A stretch of DNA of 64,000 nucleotides. Origin: Eledone cirrhosa. Lineage: Eukaryota. A program made the translations under genes and the position numbers. The stretch spans positions 138,384,001-138,448,000 of the forward strand of contig OZ024741.1 in the NCBI GenBank assembly GCA_964016885.1, given 5' to 3'. Of this stretch, positions 14,631-27,560 are shown in pieces. Position 1 is the first letter of the stretch. Every line of letters begins with the position of its first letter. The notes below the pieces were generated by a model that was given only the letters and a program-made list of their open reading frames with translations, searched no databases and was not told the DNA's origin.

Positions 14631-14699
14631 TACAGGATGTCCCCCAAAAATATATACACACTTCAACAGCATTCTCATAACTATTGCCTGTACAGGTAA
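14631..14699 (+). mobile_element. Solo Tc1/mariner-type terminus; related copy on the minus strand at ~44496-44564
   Basis: TACAGGATGTCCCCCAAAAATATATACACACTT...TATTGCCTGTACAGGTAA matches the reverse complement of 44496-44564. Confidence 0.5.
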
Positions 14700-15187
14700 T
14701 CAAAGTGTCAATCGAATGTTAGTTTCGTGTTTTAACAGTACAAATTTACAATACACACATAAAACCAGTGTATATACATACATGAGTGTGTATACACATA
14801 CATGAATGTGTATATACAATATATATGTATATATATATAGACACATATATTCACGGTGCAACGGAACATTAAAATATAGATGCGGGAGGGGGGTGTATAT
14901 ATAGGGGCGCTGGGGATAAAGGAGTGTAAAGCGTGTGTAATTGATATATTGAAGAAGATGAGCGTGCAGCGATAGAGTAACAAATATATAGAGAGGGGGA
15001 GAGATGGTATTGAAGGGGAGGAGTGCAAAGCGAAAGAGTAAGAGAGATATATATATAGAGACGGAACAGATAGAGAGAAACAGGCGTAAGTAACAGTGGA
15101 AGAGATATATAGAGAGGGGGAAATGTGTTATTGAAGGGGAGGAGTGTAAAGCGAAAGCGTATGATATATAGAGAGAGAGGGGGAATA

Positions 15188-15225
<38 letters not shown>

Positions 15226-15375
15226 ACACTTACTCTGATTGGTTGAAAATTAGCCAATGACATACGATCACCACCACCACGGCTATCCCCGAAAAAATTA
15301 TGAAGATGTTAGGCATATATGTTAGAACACGAAAAGTGAACATTCTGTTGTTTCACACTTTTCGTGTTCTAACAG

Positions 15376-15411
<36 letters not shown>

Positions 15412-15498
15412 ACAGGTATCGATGTTCTAGTATGTGTGAACATGCATGCTTTTCGGTTTTCTGTACACGTGCATATGCTTCTGTATCTATACATGTGA

Positions 15499-15529
<31 letters not shown>

Positions 15530-15579
15530 TGTATGTATGTATGTATGTATGTATGTATGTATGTATGCATGTATGTAGG

Positions 15580-15627
<48 letters not shown>

Positions 15628-18526
15628 TATATGTGTGTGTATGTATGTATGCATTGAAGCATAGTGGTTATGTTTGCTTGCTCACATTTGAGTATCTTTA
15701 TGACCAAATGGAAATAGATTCTAAAACTATGAGTTGTCAGACAAATATATCATAATATTTTCGTTTAAAACCATTTGTATTATAATATATATGTTTTCAT
15801 TGTTTTTTTATCTGCTGCAAGCTTCTCATATATTCTCCAAGATAACCTATTGGGCCTATCTTATTCTTAAATGGTACTTGGCACAATTTGAAACTATGTT
15901 TTTCTCTTATTTGAGAATAGGTGTGATTTTATTATTGATTATTGGAAGACTCTTACGATCGAATCGTTCACAGTATAATATTCCTTTCGTTTATCAAGCC
16001 CCAAATCTCCATTTTCCTCAAAGGTTCTAGGCATTGTTGCAAACAGCTATGGTATGTCAGAAATAATTATTGTATCGACCGTAGGATTTTGTAAAAGAAA
16101 CGTTTAACAAACGTGGTATAATTCAGGCAAAACAGGCAGAACTAAATATAGAAATACTTTTTATAAATGTCCACAATTTACTACCTCAGTTATATATGAT
16201 ATTCATGTTGTAGATAGGCCTGATTCCAAGTATTTAATAGGTGCTTAGTCAAGGGAATCGATCGGATCAATGCCTCATGAGTGTTATACGGATCAGACAG
16301 GCGTGATAAAGGAGACGATGCCAAATAGATATAAGCCTAAAATGTTGCCATGCTTAAAAAGGAAAAAGAAAAAAAAATTAAGAAAACGACCCAAGAGAAT
16401 CAATAACACATATATGATATAGAGATATAGGACTAAAACCTAGCAGTTAGTGTTCGAAGGGCAAAAATAATTTTCAAAATAACAAACATTAATTTTGTGA
16501 AATCGATCCTTAATATCTTGAAATCAACTCTCTATTTTCTTGGGTGACCCTAAAAGTTATCGTTAATTGTTTTTATCAACTGGGAATGAAATCATGATTA
16601 AATAGGATTGTTTAGTGTATATCACGGAACAACGTATCTGCAGATAGTTATTTGTTTAGTCCATCACTACCTTAATTGGCTAATAACCTCATGCATATGA
16701 AACATATGCAGGTTTCCACCATCCTCTCAACTATTATGATATATAAGGTGACTATTATGATATATAAGGTGCTAACACAGTAGCCTGACGCACTCTTGGT
16801 ATGGTCGTAATATCAGGTATATTCGACTCTGTACCCTATTATTTATCTGTCCCTTATAAATACTATTTCGTTAGGCGTTAAATTCCATCAACCTACTATT
16901 GTTTCATCAAATATACACACCTTATTTAATTCAAAAATAATTATTGCAGCATATTTGTTAGATTCTACGTCATACAGATGCCTCAACTATTATACTCTGG
17001 TTGCTTTCTTGTAATTGTTAGTCTTATATTCCGTGTAGGTCTCCGGTGGCTTCGAGTTTGGTCAACGGAATATCTTATTTAGGATATCAACGGGAATATG
17101 TCTGTGCATCCCACAGACACACACACCCTTAGCGTAATTCTAACGAGGATTTAGTGTGACAGTGTGTAATGAAAAGGCTGACTCTTTGAATAAAAGGAAT
17201 ATCTCATTTATCCTATTTGAGTGGATTGCATTATTGTAAAATATGTGTCGCTGGCGGGAATCGAATTCAGGAATTTTGACATTATGAGCCGAAACCCTTA
17301 AAAATATGCTACGCATCTTCATGTGTAGTGGTGGACAGATTAGCATACTTTTAGGACAAAGTGTAGATTAGGTATTAATGAAACGTTTCAACGTGTATTG
17401 GAAGAATCGTTGGGAAGACGATTTGCATCATTTATGCCATCTCTATACATTCTGTTTTGAAATACTATCTAGCTCAACTTTGCCTTTCAAACGTTTCTCG
17501 TATATCTATGAAATAATGTACTAGCTAATTACTGGTCTCGATTTATTCAACTTCCCGTTACACACAAGCCTGCTGAAAATTGTTACGGGTGGTGGAATCG
17601 CAACATCTTAGAACGGCGTACAAATCATTTGTACCGACACTGATTCTATGTTCATGTTCTACCGATGTCAACTTTAACTTTCATTCTTCCAGGTTGGATC
17701 AAGTACTATATCCGCCAAGTCCTGTAGGGTCCACACTACCTTAATTAGAAATCAATGCTTTCAATTTCAAGTTTTAAACATCCTAGGCAAAATTCTTTGA
17801 AAATATTTTCACCAATATCTCGATCTTCTACGTTTATTGATATGTTAATTTCTACATAGTGAATTGCTAATGTTTGGCTTGGGATTTCATTTCTAGCTTC
17901 GGGTTGATTACGAGTTCTTTCTCTGTGATACATTCACGAGATCAACCCTTATTTCATTATGAATTGACAATTTACCTGATGGTTACTATCCTTCTGGTCA
18001 CTTGAACTTTCCACAAAATCCTGTTTTGAACCATTTTTGACCTTTTTGCATTTCAGAATATTTCAGCAAAGGAAAAAATAACATTATATAATTTGTAAAA
18101 TAATATTTTGAATGAAATAGGCAAAATGGCCATCGGGATTGGGAAATATGAACGTAAAATCTATTCTGAATAATTTTACATCATCATCTTGAGACATGTC
18201 ATGCTTCTAAGGCGTTTCTTTATTCAATTTTAGATTATGGCATTTACAAAATAAAGTTACGGCATTTGGAAAATAAAATTATGTCATAGTATTTTCAATG
18301 TTTTCTCAAGAAGTAAATCAAATAAAGTAAATTAAATAAACACAACAATTTCATTCGTCATTGCAAGAAAGAAGTAAAATATTGCAACTATGTCATGTAC
18401 ATCCATACTTTCATATCAACAGAATGATAGGATTCTACTTATGCCTTTATGCAGAATGTGAGAAAAATATTAGGCTCTATGTATAAATAAACAGGCACAG
18501 GTAATATTCGATGCAGAACACTGTAG

Positions 18527-18566
<40 letters not shown>

Positions 18567-18690
18567 TGTATATATAGTGTATTGCAATACACTGTATGCT
18601 TAATTAAAAGCATTTCGAAGACCTTATGCTCATGATTTAGAGTAGTGATAGTCTCACTTACTTTAAATTTTCAGCAAACAGGGGAGATAA

Positions 18691-18735
18691 AGCTGACAGA
18701 GCTATGTTTCGTACTGATTGGTACTTATCAAAGCC
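18691..18735 (-). ncRNA. Type I hammerhead ribozyme, U3:A8 core variant, GUC site
   Basis: Minus strand reads GGCT TTGATAA GTAC caatca GTAC GAAA CA tagctc TG TC AGCT; stems I, II and III all pair; closed by a further 15-bp helix (18668-18682 / 18746-18760). Confidence 0.75.
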
Positions 18736-18870
18736 AAGTACACCACCTGTTTGCTGAAAATCATGAATGTTTGATTCTTATAGAATTTCTAGTAATAATC
18801 AGGAACTGATTATATAGAGCGGTTGCCGGTCAAGCAGAAATTGAAAATTAGAATTGGCGCTCTGAAATAA

Positions 18871-18920
<50 letters not shown>

Positions 18921-19045
18921 GTATATATAGTGTATTTTGCAATACACTGTATGCTTAATTAAAAACATTTCGAAGACCTTATGCTATTGTTTTAGAGTAG
19001 TGACAGTCTCACTTACTTTAAATTTTCAGCAAACAGGGGAGATAA

Positions 19046-19090
19046 AGCTAACAGAGCTATGTTTCGTACTGATTGGTACTTATCAAAGCC
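19046..19090 (-). ncRNA. Second copy of the U3:A8 hammerhead, GUU site
   Basis: Same as 18691-18735 except C17 to U. Confidence 0.7.
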
Positions 19091-19377
19091 AAGTACCCCA
19101 CCTGTTTGCTGAAAATCATGAATGTTTGATTCTTATAGAATTTCTAGTAATAATCAGGAACTGATTATATAGAGCGGTTGCCGGTCAAGCAGAAATTGAA
19201 CATTAGAATTGGCGCTCTGAAATAGCGATATATATATATATGAATGTATATATAGTGTATTTTGCAATACACTGTATGCTTAATTAAAAGCATTTCGAAG
19301 ACCTTATGCTAGTGTTTTAGAGTTTTAGAGTACTTTAAATCTTTAGCAAACAGGGGAGATAAACTGACAGAGCTATG

Positions 19378-20210
19378 TATTGGCCCTCGAGCCACTGCTG
19401 CGGAAGTTGGAGTTGTTGCAGGGCATCCCTTTGGAACCGGCATTGCGGAAAGCGGTGTCGGTCTACGCCGATGACGTAACAGTAATCGTGTCGACCAACT
19501 CGGCAATCGGGGCGATCGGCACCTTACTGGAGGAGCACGAAAGGTTTACAGGGCTAAGCTGAACAGGGACAAGTCGATCGGTTTGCAACTCGGAACGTGG
19601 AGGGGAAAACCGATGCCCTCCGATGGCGTCGCTGGACGCTGGACAGACGGCCCGGTGAAGTTTTTCGGGGTCTGGTTCGGACCAGACCTCCAGGTGGAGA
19701 AAAACTGGGGTGAGGTAACGAACAGGGTGTTTACACTGACCCAGAAGTGGGCCGAGTGCAAACTATCCCTGAAAGGTCGGGCGGAGGTGGCGTACACTTA
19801 TATAGCGTCCGTCATCTACTACCGCCTGACCGTCGTGCCTTGCCCAAGGGAAACGTTCACCAAAATGGAGCGCGCACTGTTCCAATTCCTTTGGAAGAAG
19901 CGGGCTCCTTTGGTGAGGAGATCCATCTGCTGTCAACACCCTTCGAAAGGAGGGCTGGGGATGCCGTGGCTGCTGATGTGTAAAAACTTATTAAGGCTAC
20001 GGCACTTCCAGGTATTCCTCACCGGTCAACCGGTGTGGGCCCCGTTTGTGAGATGAACCTTTCCGAGACTCGTCTCACTCACCAAGCTGCAATCCTGGGT
20101 GGAGCAAAGACCGAGAAAACTGGGCGGCTGGCACACCGAGTGTGCCCAGACGCTCACGGCTCTCTGGCAGGCGGACCCGGCTATCGGTGGAGACTCCACC
20201 TCGTCATACT
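19378..20210 (+). mobile_element. Tx1/L1-clade LINE RT fragment, frameshifted
   Basis: ALEPLLRKL...VSVYADDVTV; GVWFGPDLQVEKNW; LSLKGRAEV; FQFLWK...GGLGMP; GC-rich against the background. Confidence 0.9.
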
Positions 20211-21184
20211 AAGGAAATTACTAAGTCTGTTATTTTCAATACAAAATCTTTGAGCTACTCCCACTAAACGAACCCATCCAACGCTTTGTATATTTTCACA
20301 AGGTTACAACTTGACAACAATATTGTATGTAAATTAGGGACTGTACGAAATTAATATATATGTATATAATTTAATTAGAGAAATATATAGATAAATGTCC
20401 GTCTCTGATGTCTTTAATTGGTGGCAACCTTGGTTAGCATAATGTGCAAGTTTGTATTGATGTAATGTCAATTTACTCCAAATGTCTAAAAAGATATGTA
20501 AAATGATATGTTAGCACGTTACTGAGAGACATACATATATTCAAGAGGTATTACATCAATAGTTCTTTTTATAGGAAATTTTAATCCATGTGTTAATAAG
20601 GTTTCTGTTGATGTATATCAGAGTTGGATGATACATCATGTTTTCAGATATCTATATATTAATTTCAACAACGTCAGTATTCTGTGTGTCATAATTCTCG
20701 ATTATCATTGGTTGATAGGTTTCAAACGACGACTCTGCCCACCTCACGACGCCAAACTTAAATTAATACGCATAATACCAATGAGGGAGTGAGAGGGGAG
20801 AGTAAGAAACAGAGAGGCAAAGTGAACCCTGTAACTATTACCATGTGTGCGCGTATGTTTATCTGTGTGTGCGTGCAGCGTTCCACAGAAAGTAAAAACT
20901 ATCAACATGTGTGAGTGTGTAAGTGTGTGTAAGTGCACGGGTGCGTGTTTAAGTGTGCGTGCGTGTGCGCCTTTCCATGTGTGTATGTGTGTGTACGTAG
21001 GGCGGTCCACAATCGCCACGCAGTTTATCTGTCCGTGTACCTGTCTGTCAGTCTAACATACACAGGGTTGTGAAGTGAGTAAATAGGGACCTTTTTTTAC
21101 ATTGACGGACATCTTTTATATTTATTATTGTGTCACTTTTTGACAATTGCTCGAAATAAAAGCAATTCGACTTTATCAAACAGT

Positions 21185-21360
21185 GAACTACAGCGGCGAC
21201 GGCGTGCAGCCAGGAATGAAGCACAATGGGCCGAACAGCGCCATTGGAACGCCGAACTTCAGAGGCGATGACGTGCCGCAATGAATGAAGAGGAGCTGGC
21301 TGAACAACGCCAACAAAACACTGGAGCCAAGCAGCGACAGCGTACTGCGATGGTTGAATA
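21185..21360 (+). pseudogene. R/E/Q-rich repeat-coding fragment, Helitron N-terminal-like
   Basis: Translates as QRRRRAARNEAQWAEQRHWNAELQRR*RAAMNEEELAEQRQQN; lies beside a Helitron. Confidence 0.4.
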
Positions 21361-21394
21361 CGAACTGGTTGGGCATCATCTTTTATATTAATTA

Positions 21395-21746
21395 TCTATA
21401 TTTACATATAATATAAAAGATTGGAACTTCCATCATCCTTTTAAGAAACGTGGAACAACCACGTCTATGCAATGATACACGTTTTACAGTCAGGCAGAAG
21501 ATGAACCATCTCCTAGAGGTCACTATTCTAGGTGGGAGGATCTAGAATTGTTCATATACTATGCACAAACGGTACAACGAAGAATCTGGTATATCTGCAA
21601 TATTTTTTTACTGTTTTTTGTATCACACAGATACCACGGATTCGCCTCATACTGTAACCAGACAAACATCCAATACAGTCATTTTCCCTTTTACCTGTCT
21701 TCTCTTATCATCTGTTTACCAGGGCGAAGCTGGGTACGTCAGCTAG
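21395..21746 (+). mobile_element. Non-autonomous Helitron
   Basis: 5' A|TCTATATTTACATATAATATAAAAG; 3' hairpin CCAGGGCGAAGCTGG, then GTACGTCAG and CTAG|T; A-T insertion site without TSD. Confidence 0.75.
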
Positions 21747-21833
21747 TATGTATATATTGTTGGAATATGATAGCCAAGACATTCCAAATATAAGAAATCA
21801 GCCACACACACACACATAGACACAGATATGTAT

Positions 21834-21909
<76 letters not shown>

Positions 21910-21965
21910 ATATATATTTATGTACGTATTCACACATATATATAGACACAAACACATAAATACTT

Positions 21966-21997
<32 letters not shown>

Positions 21998-22029
21998 AAT
22001 AGAAACATTAAAACAAGGAAATTAAACAC

Positions 22030-22890
22030 AAAACGGTTAATTCATATTAAAACTCATTATTTTACGATCGTTTCTAGGGAGTAGTTCCCCGTATGTCCAT
22101 TTAATTATTGATCTATGTAAAATATTATAAAATATCATAGTCAGAAAAAATACATACGTCTTCACTACCCGCCGTCTCCAGAAATAATGAGTTTTGTTTA
22201 TTGAAGAATACAAAACAACATACATATGAATAATCATAAACAGGTTGAAAATGACCAAATACAAGAATAGGAAGGGGCAGTATAGTTATCATAGATTGGT
22301 AGTAGTAGATGAATAATTAGGCCGTCAGGGGATGAGGTATCCAATGACATTTACGAAAAGAAAGTTGTTAGTGTAAATGAATTTAGATATATTGTATATA
22401 AAAGCGTTAATGGTCAAATAAGATTACTGTTGGAGTAAGAGGGGTACTGATATTAGTGTGTTATGTCAAATAGAATGGTATAGAACCATCTTAAAATGTT
22501 TGTTATTTCCTTATTGTGAGGAATAATTTGTTCTAAAAAAATATATAATATAATATAGTAAGTTGAGGAATATAAATGAAACCAAATGGAAGTGAAATTT
22601 AGATATAATATAGATAAAATATTATATAGGGAAGAAAATACTAAAGTTTGTGTACGTATTGTATTGTCTTAGAGTGGTTAGAATAAATTTCTCCCTGTAG
22701 GGAATTATATTTTTGAATGAAAATCTACATTAATAATCTGGTTTTTTTTTTTTTTTAAAGGGGAATTTTAAATGGATATCAGTTAAAAGGTTTTGTTAGA
22801 TTATTGAAAATAATGTAATATATAGTGCTAAATTATAGTTTAACAGGTATAGGAATGAGGTATAGGATTTAATCCATGGTTGACCCAAGT
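22030..22890 (-). mobile_element. Heavily decayed PLE 3' part (tentative)
   Basis: Residual TAPSY and FPHN-like words; 3' region has GAAACGATCGTA (palindromic HHR stem III) and resembles ~37990-38110. Confidence 0.4.
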
Positions 22891-23037
22891 TAAGTAAAGT
22901 ACATTAAATTGAGTAGGTACATTATGTCTTTCATAGAGAAATAACTTGTCAGCTGCACAAGTAATTTCTTTATGAAAGAAAGTTTACTCACTCTCTCTAT
23001 CTTTCTCTCTCTCTATCACACACACACACACGCCCAC

Positions 23038-23076
<39 letters not shown>

Positions 23077-23088
23077 CACACGCCCACG

Positions 23089-23150
<62 letters not shown>

Positions 23151-23162
23151 GTGGGCGTGTGT

Positions 23163-23199
<37 letters not shown>

Positions 23200-23327
23200 A
23201 GAGAGAGAGAGAGCGAAAGATAGAGAGAGTGAGTAAACTTTTTTTCATAAAGAAATTACTTGTGGAGCTGAGAAGCTATTTCTCTGTGAAAGACATAATG
23301 TACCTTCCTAATTTAATGTACGTTACT

Positions 23328-23332
<5 letters not shown>
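22888..23332. repeat. Imperfect inverted repeat (~160-190-bp arms) centred on a (TA)n tract
   Basis: 22888-23045 vs 23143-23332, including mirrored (CT)/(CA) tracts. Confidence 0.8.
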
Positions 23333-23374
<42 letters not shown>

Positions 23375-23377
<3 letters not shown>

Positions 23378-23554
23378 AACCAGTAAGACCCCGACGGCTG
23401 AGCTCAAGCCGTTTCGACGGCTAATTCTGGACGTCGAAACGGCTTGAGCTCAGCCGTCGGGGTCTTACTGGTTCCTATTACCCACTCTACTACCCCAAGT
23501 ATTGAGTACTTTGGTGCGTTATGGTCCACATGGTTCCTTACCACATTTCCTTCG

Positions 23555-23596
<42 letters not shown>

Positions 23597-23667
23597 CGAA
23601 GGAAATGTGGTAAGGAACCAGGAGCCGTCGAAACGGCTTGAGCTCAGCTGTCGGGGTCTTACTGGTT

Positions 23668-23670
<3 letters not shown>
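23375..23670. mobile_element. Two fold-back pLTR remnants (family E) in (TA)n
   Basis: Perfect hairpin 23374-23478; arms contain GAAACGGCTTGAGCTCAGCCGTC (HHR stem III plus GUC); rearranged copy at 23594-23670; related copy at 46692-46880. Confidence 0.75.
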
Positions 23671-23706
<36 letters not shown>

Positions 23707-23911
23707 ATATTTGGGGAGGGTCATATTTGCGTAATATTGCCAGAATTAATAACAGAACACACTCACTGTTTGGTTGGTTTTCGCTTCTCGCTGTCTTTTA
23801 TATATATATATCTGCGATCTAACTTACTCGGTCCTCAATGTTGCCATTGACTGACCGGCGGTCAAAAATAATACAGATACAATATAGACAAACACATATA
23901 TATATAGTTTA

Positions 23912-23949
23912 CATAAATCTTTCGTTGCACATCTGCAACATCGTCAGTG
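23912..23949 (-). ncRNA. Minimal type I HHR motif in the pLTR
   Basis: CA CTGACGA T GTTGCA gatg TGCAAC GAAA GATT TA TG; extra nucleotide after A9; stem I only 2 bp. Confidence 0.55.
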
Positions 23950-24223
23950 GTGTTATATTCATTGTTCCTCCTGTTGTGTTGTATGTCTACGCCATTTTTT
24001 TTGTTCAGTCTGTCTATATATTTATTTATTTATTTATTTGCTTGTTTGTTTATCTTATTTTATTTTGTCTTCTTTGCGCATGCGTTTGCGTGTGTGTATA
24101 GTGTTATGTGTGATGTGTGACTAGTGTGTATAGTGTTGTGTCTGCTGGGTGACTAGTGTGTGTTTATGTGCTTGTGTATGTATTTATTTATCTTATTTTA
24201 TTTAATTTAATTTACTTATTTAT

Positions 24224-25590
24224 TTATACTTCTCTTAGGTCAGTGTTGTTTGTTTGGGTGTTGTTGTTGTTCCACTCATTCTTTCTGTTTAGCTTTGGTC
24301 TTCTAATTTCTATTTCACTGGCCTCTCTGATTTGCCTATCTGCTGGGTCATTCCTATGTTTAGATATTATTCTAATTTCTATGTTGTCTATGTTACCGTC
24401 ATGATGTTGTCTAGCATGTTCGTATAGTACTGACCCGTTTTTTCGTCCTTTTAGTTCCCCCCAGTGTTGGTCTATCCTTTCACCTATGCTACGAGCTGTC
24501 TCACCTATGTATGTTGTTGTCATGTTTCTGCAGGTACCCTCTGAACATCTTATGCTATAGACTACGTTTCTAGTTTTACAGTTTATCCGGGGGTTTACCT
24601 TACATTTCCTATTGGTACAGTGGGTTTTCTTAAAAGGGTAGGTTTTGCTGATCAGGGATTTTATGGTGGTTCCTGGCTTTTCTACCACCTTAATTTTTAA
24701 GTGGGTCTTTCTCAGGGCCTTTCTACACTGGTTAGCTAATTTCCCTCCAGGGGTAGCGTCCACAAACATGACACTCTGGTATCTCTGGTTGTCGTTCCAT
24801 GAGGTGGCTTTCCCTATCTTATGTCTAGCCCTATCTAAGCTATTCCATGATTTGCTCCTGTATAATGGGCAAATTCCTTTCATGTCCAGTTCTATGAGGG
24901 TCTCTTATACTTCTCCATGGCTCCTTCGTATACTCTGACTCTGTCTCTTTGGTTGTAGCCAGAGAACTGCATGCGGTTGATGAAGTGTTGGAATATGTCT
25001 TTCCATTTCTGTTGGGTCGCACATGCTGGACACATTCTTCATCACTCGTACCAAATCTGCGATCAGAATATTAAACTTAGCACTACTGGACATTGCTGAG
25101 TTTTTGAGTATCAGGTATTTGGAGGCCATGGGTTTAGCATAGTGTGAGTGGAGAATTTGGGCTCTATCGTCTATAGTGTTAATCCAGAGTTCTGTGTCTA
25201 ATACAGGTAGTCTCTTGTTAGGGTGTTTGGAAGGGAAGTCGATAGTTACAGTTATACTCTGGTGTACGGAATTAGCTATCTGCTGGATGCTTTCCATTGT
25301 GCTACGTTCTAAATCAAACTTGTTAGTGCTCTCTAGTGGCGATGTTCTTATAACTATATTGATATCGTCTACATAACGAGAGTACATGATGAGGTCTATG
25401 GAGCTCTCATTAAGGAGATCTTTAAGTCTCCTTTCCCACCATACCATGAAAAGTTTGGCAACATCACCAGCTATGCTGACGCCAATGGCTGCTCCTTGAT
25501 TTTGGGTTTAGATCTTCTCGTTGAACTTAAATATGTGGCCCTTGAGGGTAGTTTTGATACTAGCCCCTATTGCATGTGCGACCATTTTTC
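24224..25590 (-). pseudogene. PLE RT/GIY-YIG ORF remnant (frameshifts and stops)
   Basis: ORF pieces 24905-25447 and 24224-24883. Confidence 0.9.
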
Positions 25591-25728
25591 TTACCTGATC
25601 ATTGTTATTAATTCTGGCAATATTAATTCTGGCAATATTACACAAATATGACCCTCCGCAAGTATAACAATATTTGTTTCGACACACGATTTCATATAAA
25701 AAACCTCGCAAAAACTAATTCATCGCGG

Positions 25729-25774
<46 letters not shown>

Positions 25775-26726
25775 ATATCCGTACATATATACCTACATAT
25801 ATATAAACACAAATATATATACTTCTCATAGCAGGTAGTTGTATACCACGCGTTTCTTCCTCTCTAAATTACTATTATTCATGATTATTTTCACATTTTT
25901 TGCAAATCCATAAGTAGTCATTCCACAATAGTCTCAAATATATATTTCCACCTTCATTGGTATTTAATATCAGCTTCCTAAGTACTCAATTTAACTATGA
26001 CTACTTCATATTCACTTAATTCTACCTACATATTGTTAAGCATAATTTGGTTAAAGCACTTTTTTGTGTTATAGATTCGTGTGTATAAATTATATTTATT
26101 GATGCCGCTAAAATCTCTTAAAATTGTCGTCAGATTAAATTGTATATTTTCTCCAACTATAACTGAAATATTTATTTCTCCATTTACTTATACGATAATA
26201 AATTTCATTATATATTTCTATATCCCTGAGTGGTAACCTTTGGATTATATGTCATTTTCCTGGTATGATCTCTACTATTTTTCAAATATCCTTTTTTTCT
26301 TATATAACTTAAGACATATTTGCTTTTTTTATTTTTACAAACTATAAATCGTTATAGAAAGTTTCTATAATTGTAACGTCTAATGTTTCAGGTATTGCCG
26401 TCGCATCCATTAGGTCTCATATTCGATATAACTCCATGGCGTCTTTAGCAAGTGTCATGTTTCATAGACTAGGTTGAGACATCCAGTGCAAGTAGAATTG
26501 TCTTCATAGAAACTGATTGGAAACGTGTCGGATGGAATAAACTCATAATATAAATGACAGACTTTTCATATATTCTGTTACGTTGAATTTCCTTGAGAGT
26601 TATTTAAGGGTATATGAGTTTGTGGAATGTTGAGCAACTTACAAGTTAATTTCTTTAGAATACAGATCCGTTACTCCAAAGAGCATTAGGAGGAACACCA
26701 TTTCGACCCCGTGTATTCGCGATAAT

Positions 26727-27125
26727 ATAATTGCTTCTACTTTTGGCACAAGACCAGCAATCACCCAGTGCATTACTGGTACTTTATTTTATCGAGCCTA
26801 TAAGGATGAAAGGCAAAGTTAACCATGGCGGGATTTGAACTCGCAGAATAAAGGTCCATTACTTTTTGCTGCAAAGCATGGCGTCCAACCCTCTACCGAT
26901 ACTGCCAATCCACCGCCCTTATTCGCGATAATATAATTGTTCCTGCGTTTGGCACAAGGCCAGCAATTATCCAGTGCATTACTGGTACTTTATTTTATCG
27001 ACCCCGTAAGGATGAAAGGCAAAGTTAGTCTCGGCGGGATTTGAACTCAGACTGGCAAGGGCCATAACTCTATACGTCAAAGCATGGCGTCCGACCCTCT
27101 ACCGATACTGCCAATCCACCGCCCT
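26727..27125 (-). mobile_element. Two head-to-tail SINE family S copies
   Basis: Copies at ~26727-26919 and ~26934-27125; TATTCGCGATAATATAATTG occurs three times (before, between, after). Confidence 0.9.
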
Positions 27126-27189
27126 ATTCGCGATAATATAATTGCCATATGTAAAGCTTGGCACGAATATCTATACCCACTTCTTCTGA

Positions 27190-27560
27190 TGTCTGAATCC
27201 TGAGGCTGATGCCTTATTGCACCAACCCCTGCAATGTTTGCACTTACTTCTGTCTCCCGCTTTCCATTACTCGTTAGAACGGATACAACATTCTTGAACG
27301 TTTCCATCTGTTTCAGTGGAACTCCACTTACATGTAGAGTACGGTGCGTAGGCTTCGGTGAGAAGACGGGAGCCATAGAATTCGCAGCACTGATTGTCAT
27401 TCCTGCCAGGCAACACCGGCAGCAAACCTATCAAATGTATGTCGGAGATCACCTTCTTACTAGTCAATTACTACCATCTAATCCTCAAATTCTAGCCGAA
27501 TGACCATACGCAAGCAAGGCTTGATACCACTTCCAGACCGGCTCTTTACATGTACAATAT
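27190..27560 (-). mobile_element. RTE-clade LINE RT remnant
   Basis: VSGVPLKQMETFKNVVSVLTSNGKRETEVSANIA resembles the RTE motif L.QV..FKYLG..L..DG....EI..RI. Confidence 0.55.

Larger units (their letters stand above)
18564..19377 (-). repeat. Tandem ~310-nt non-coding units separated by (TA)n, each full unit carrying an HHR (retrozyme-like)
   Basis: Units at ~18564-18873, ~18918-19229 and a partial unit at 19242-19377; the two full units are highly similar. Confidence 0.8.
23701..25730 (-). mobile_element. 5'-truncated Penelope-like element (Neptune-like lineage by motif) with inverted pLTR at its 5' end
   Basis: GAAIGVSIAG..LFMVWW..YSRYVDDI..DFPSKHPNKRLPVLD (RT); CTNRKC..NCKTRNVVYSIRC..YIGETARSIGERIDQH (GIY-YIG); 25602-25670 is the reverse complement of 23701-23752; (TA)n on both sides. 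Confidence 0.9.

Noticed and set aside
17245-17302. tRNA gene on the minus strand
   Set aside because: Only a B-box-like motif and no cloverleaf; probably a SINE relic
26714-27146. CRISPR-like repeat-spacer pattern
   Set aside because: The spacers are ~190-bp homologous SINE copies in eukaryotic DNA with no cas genes
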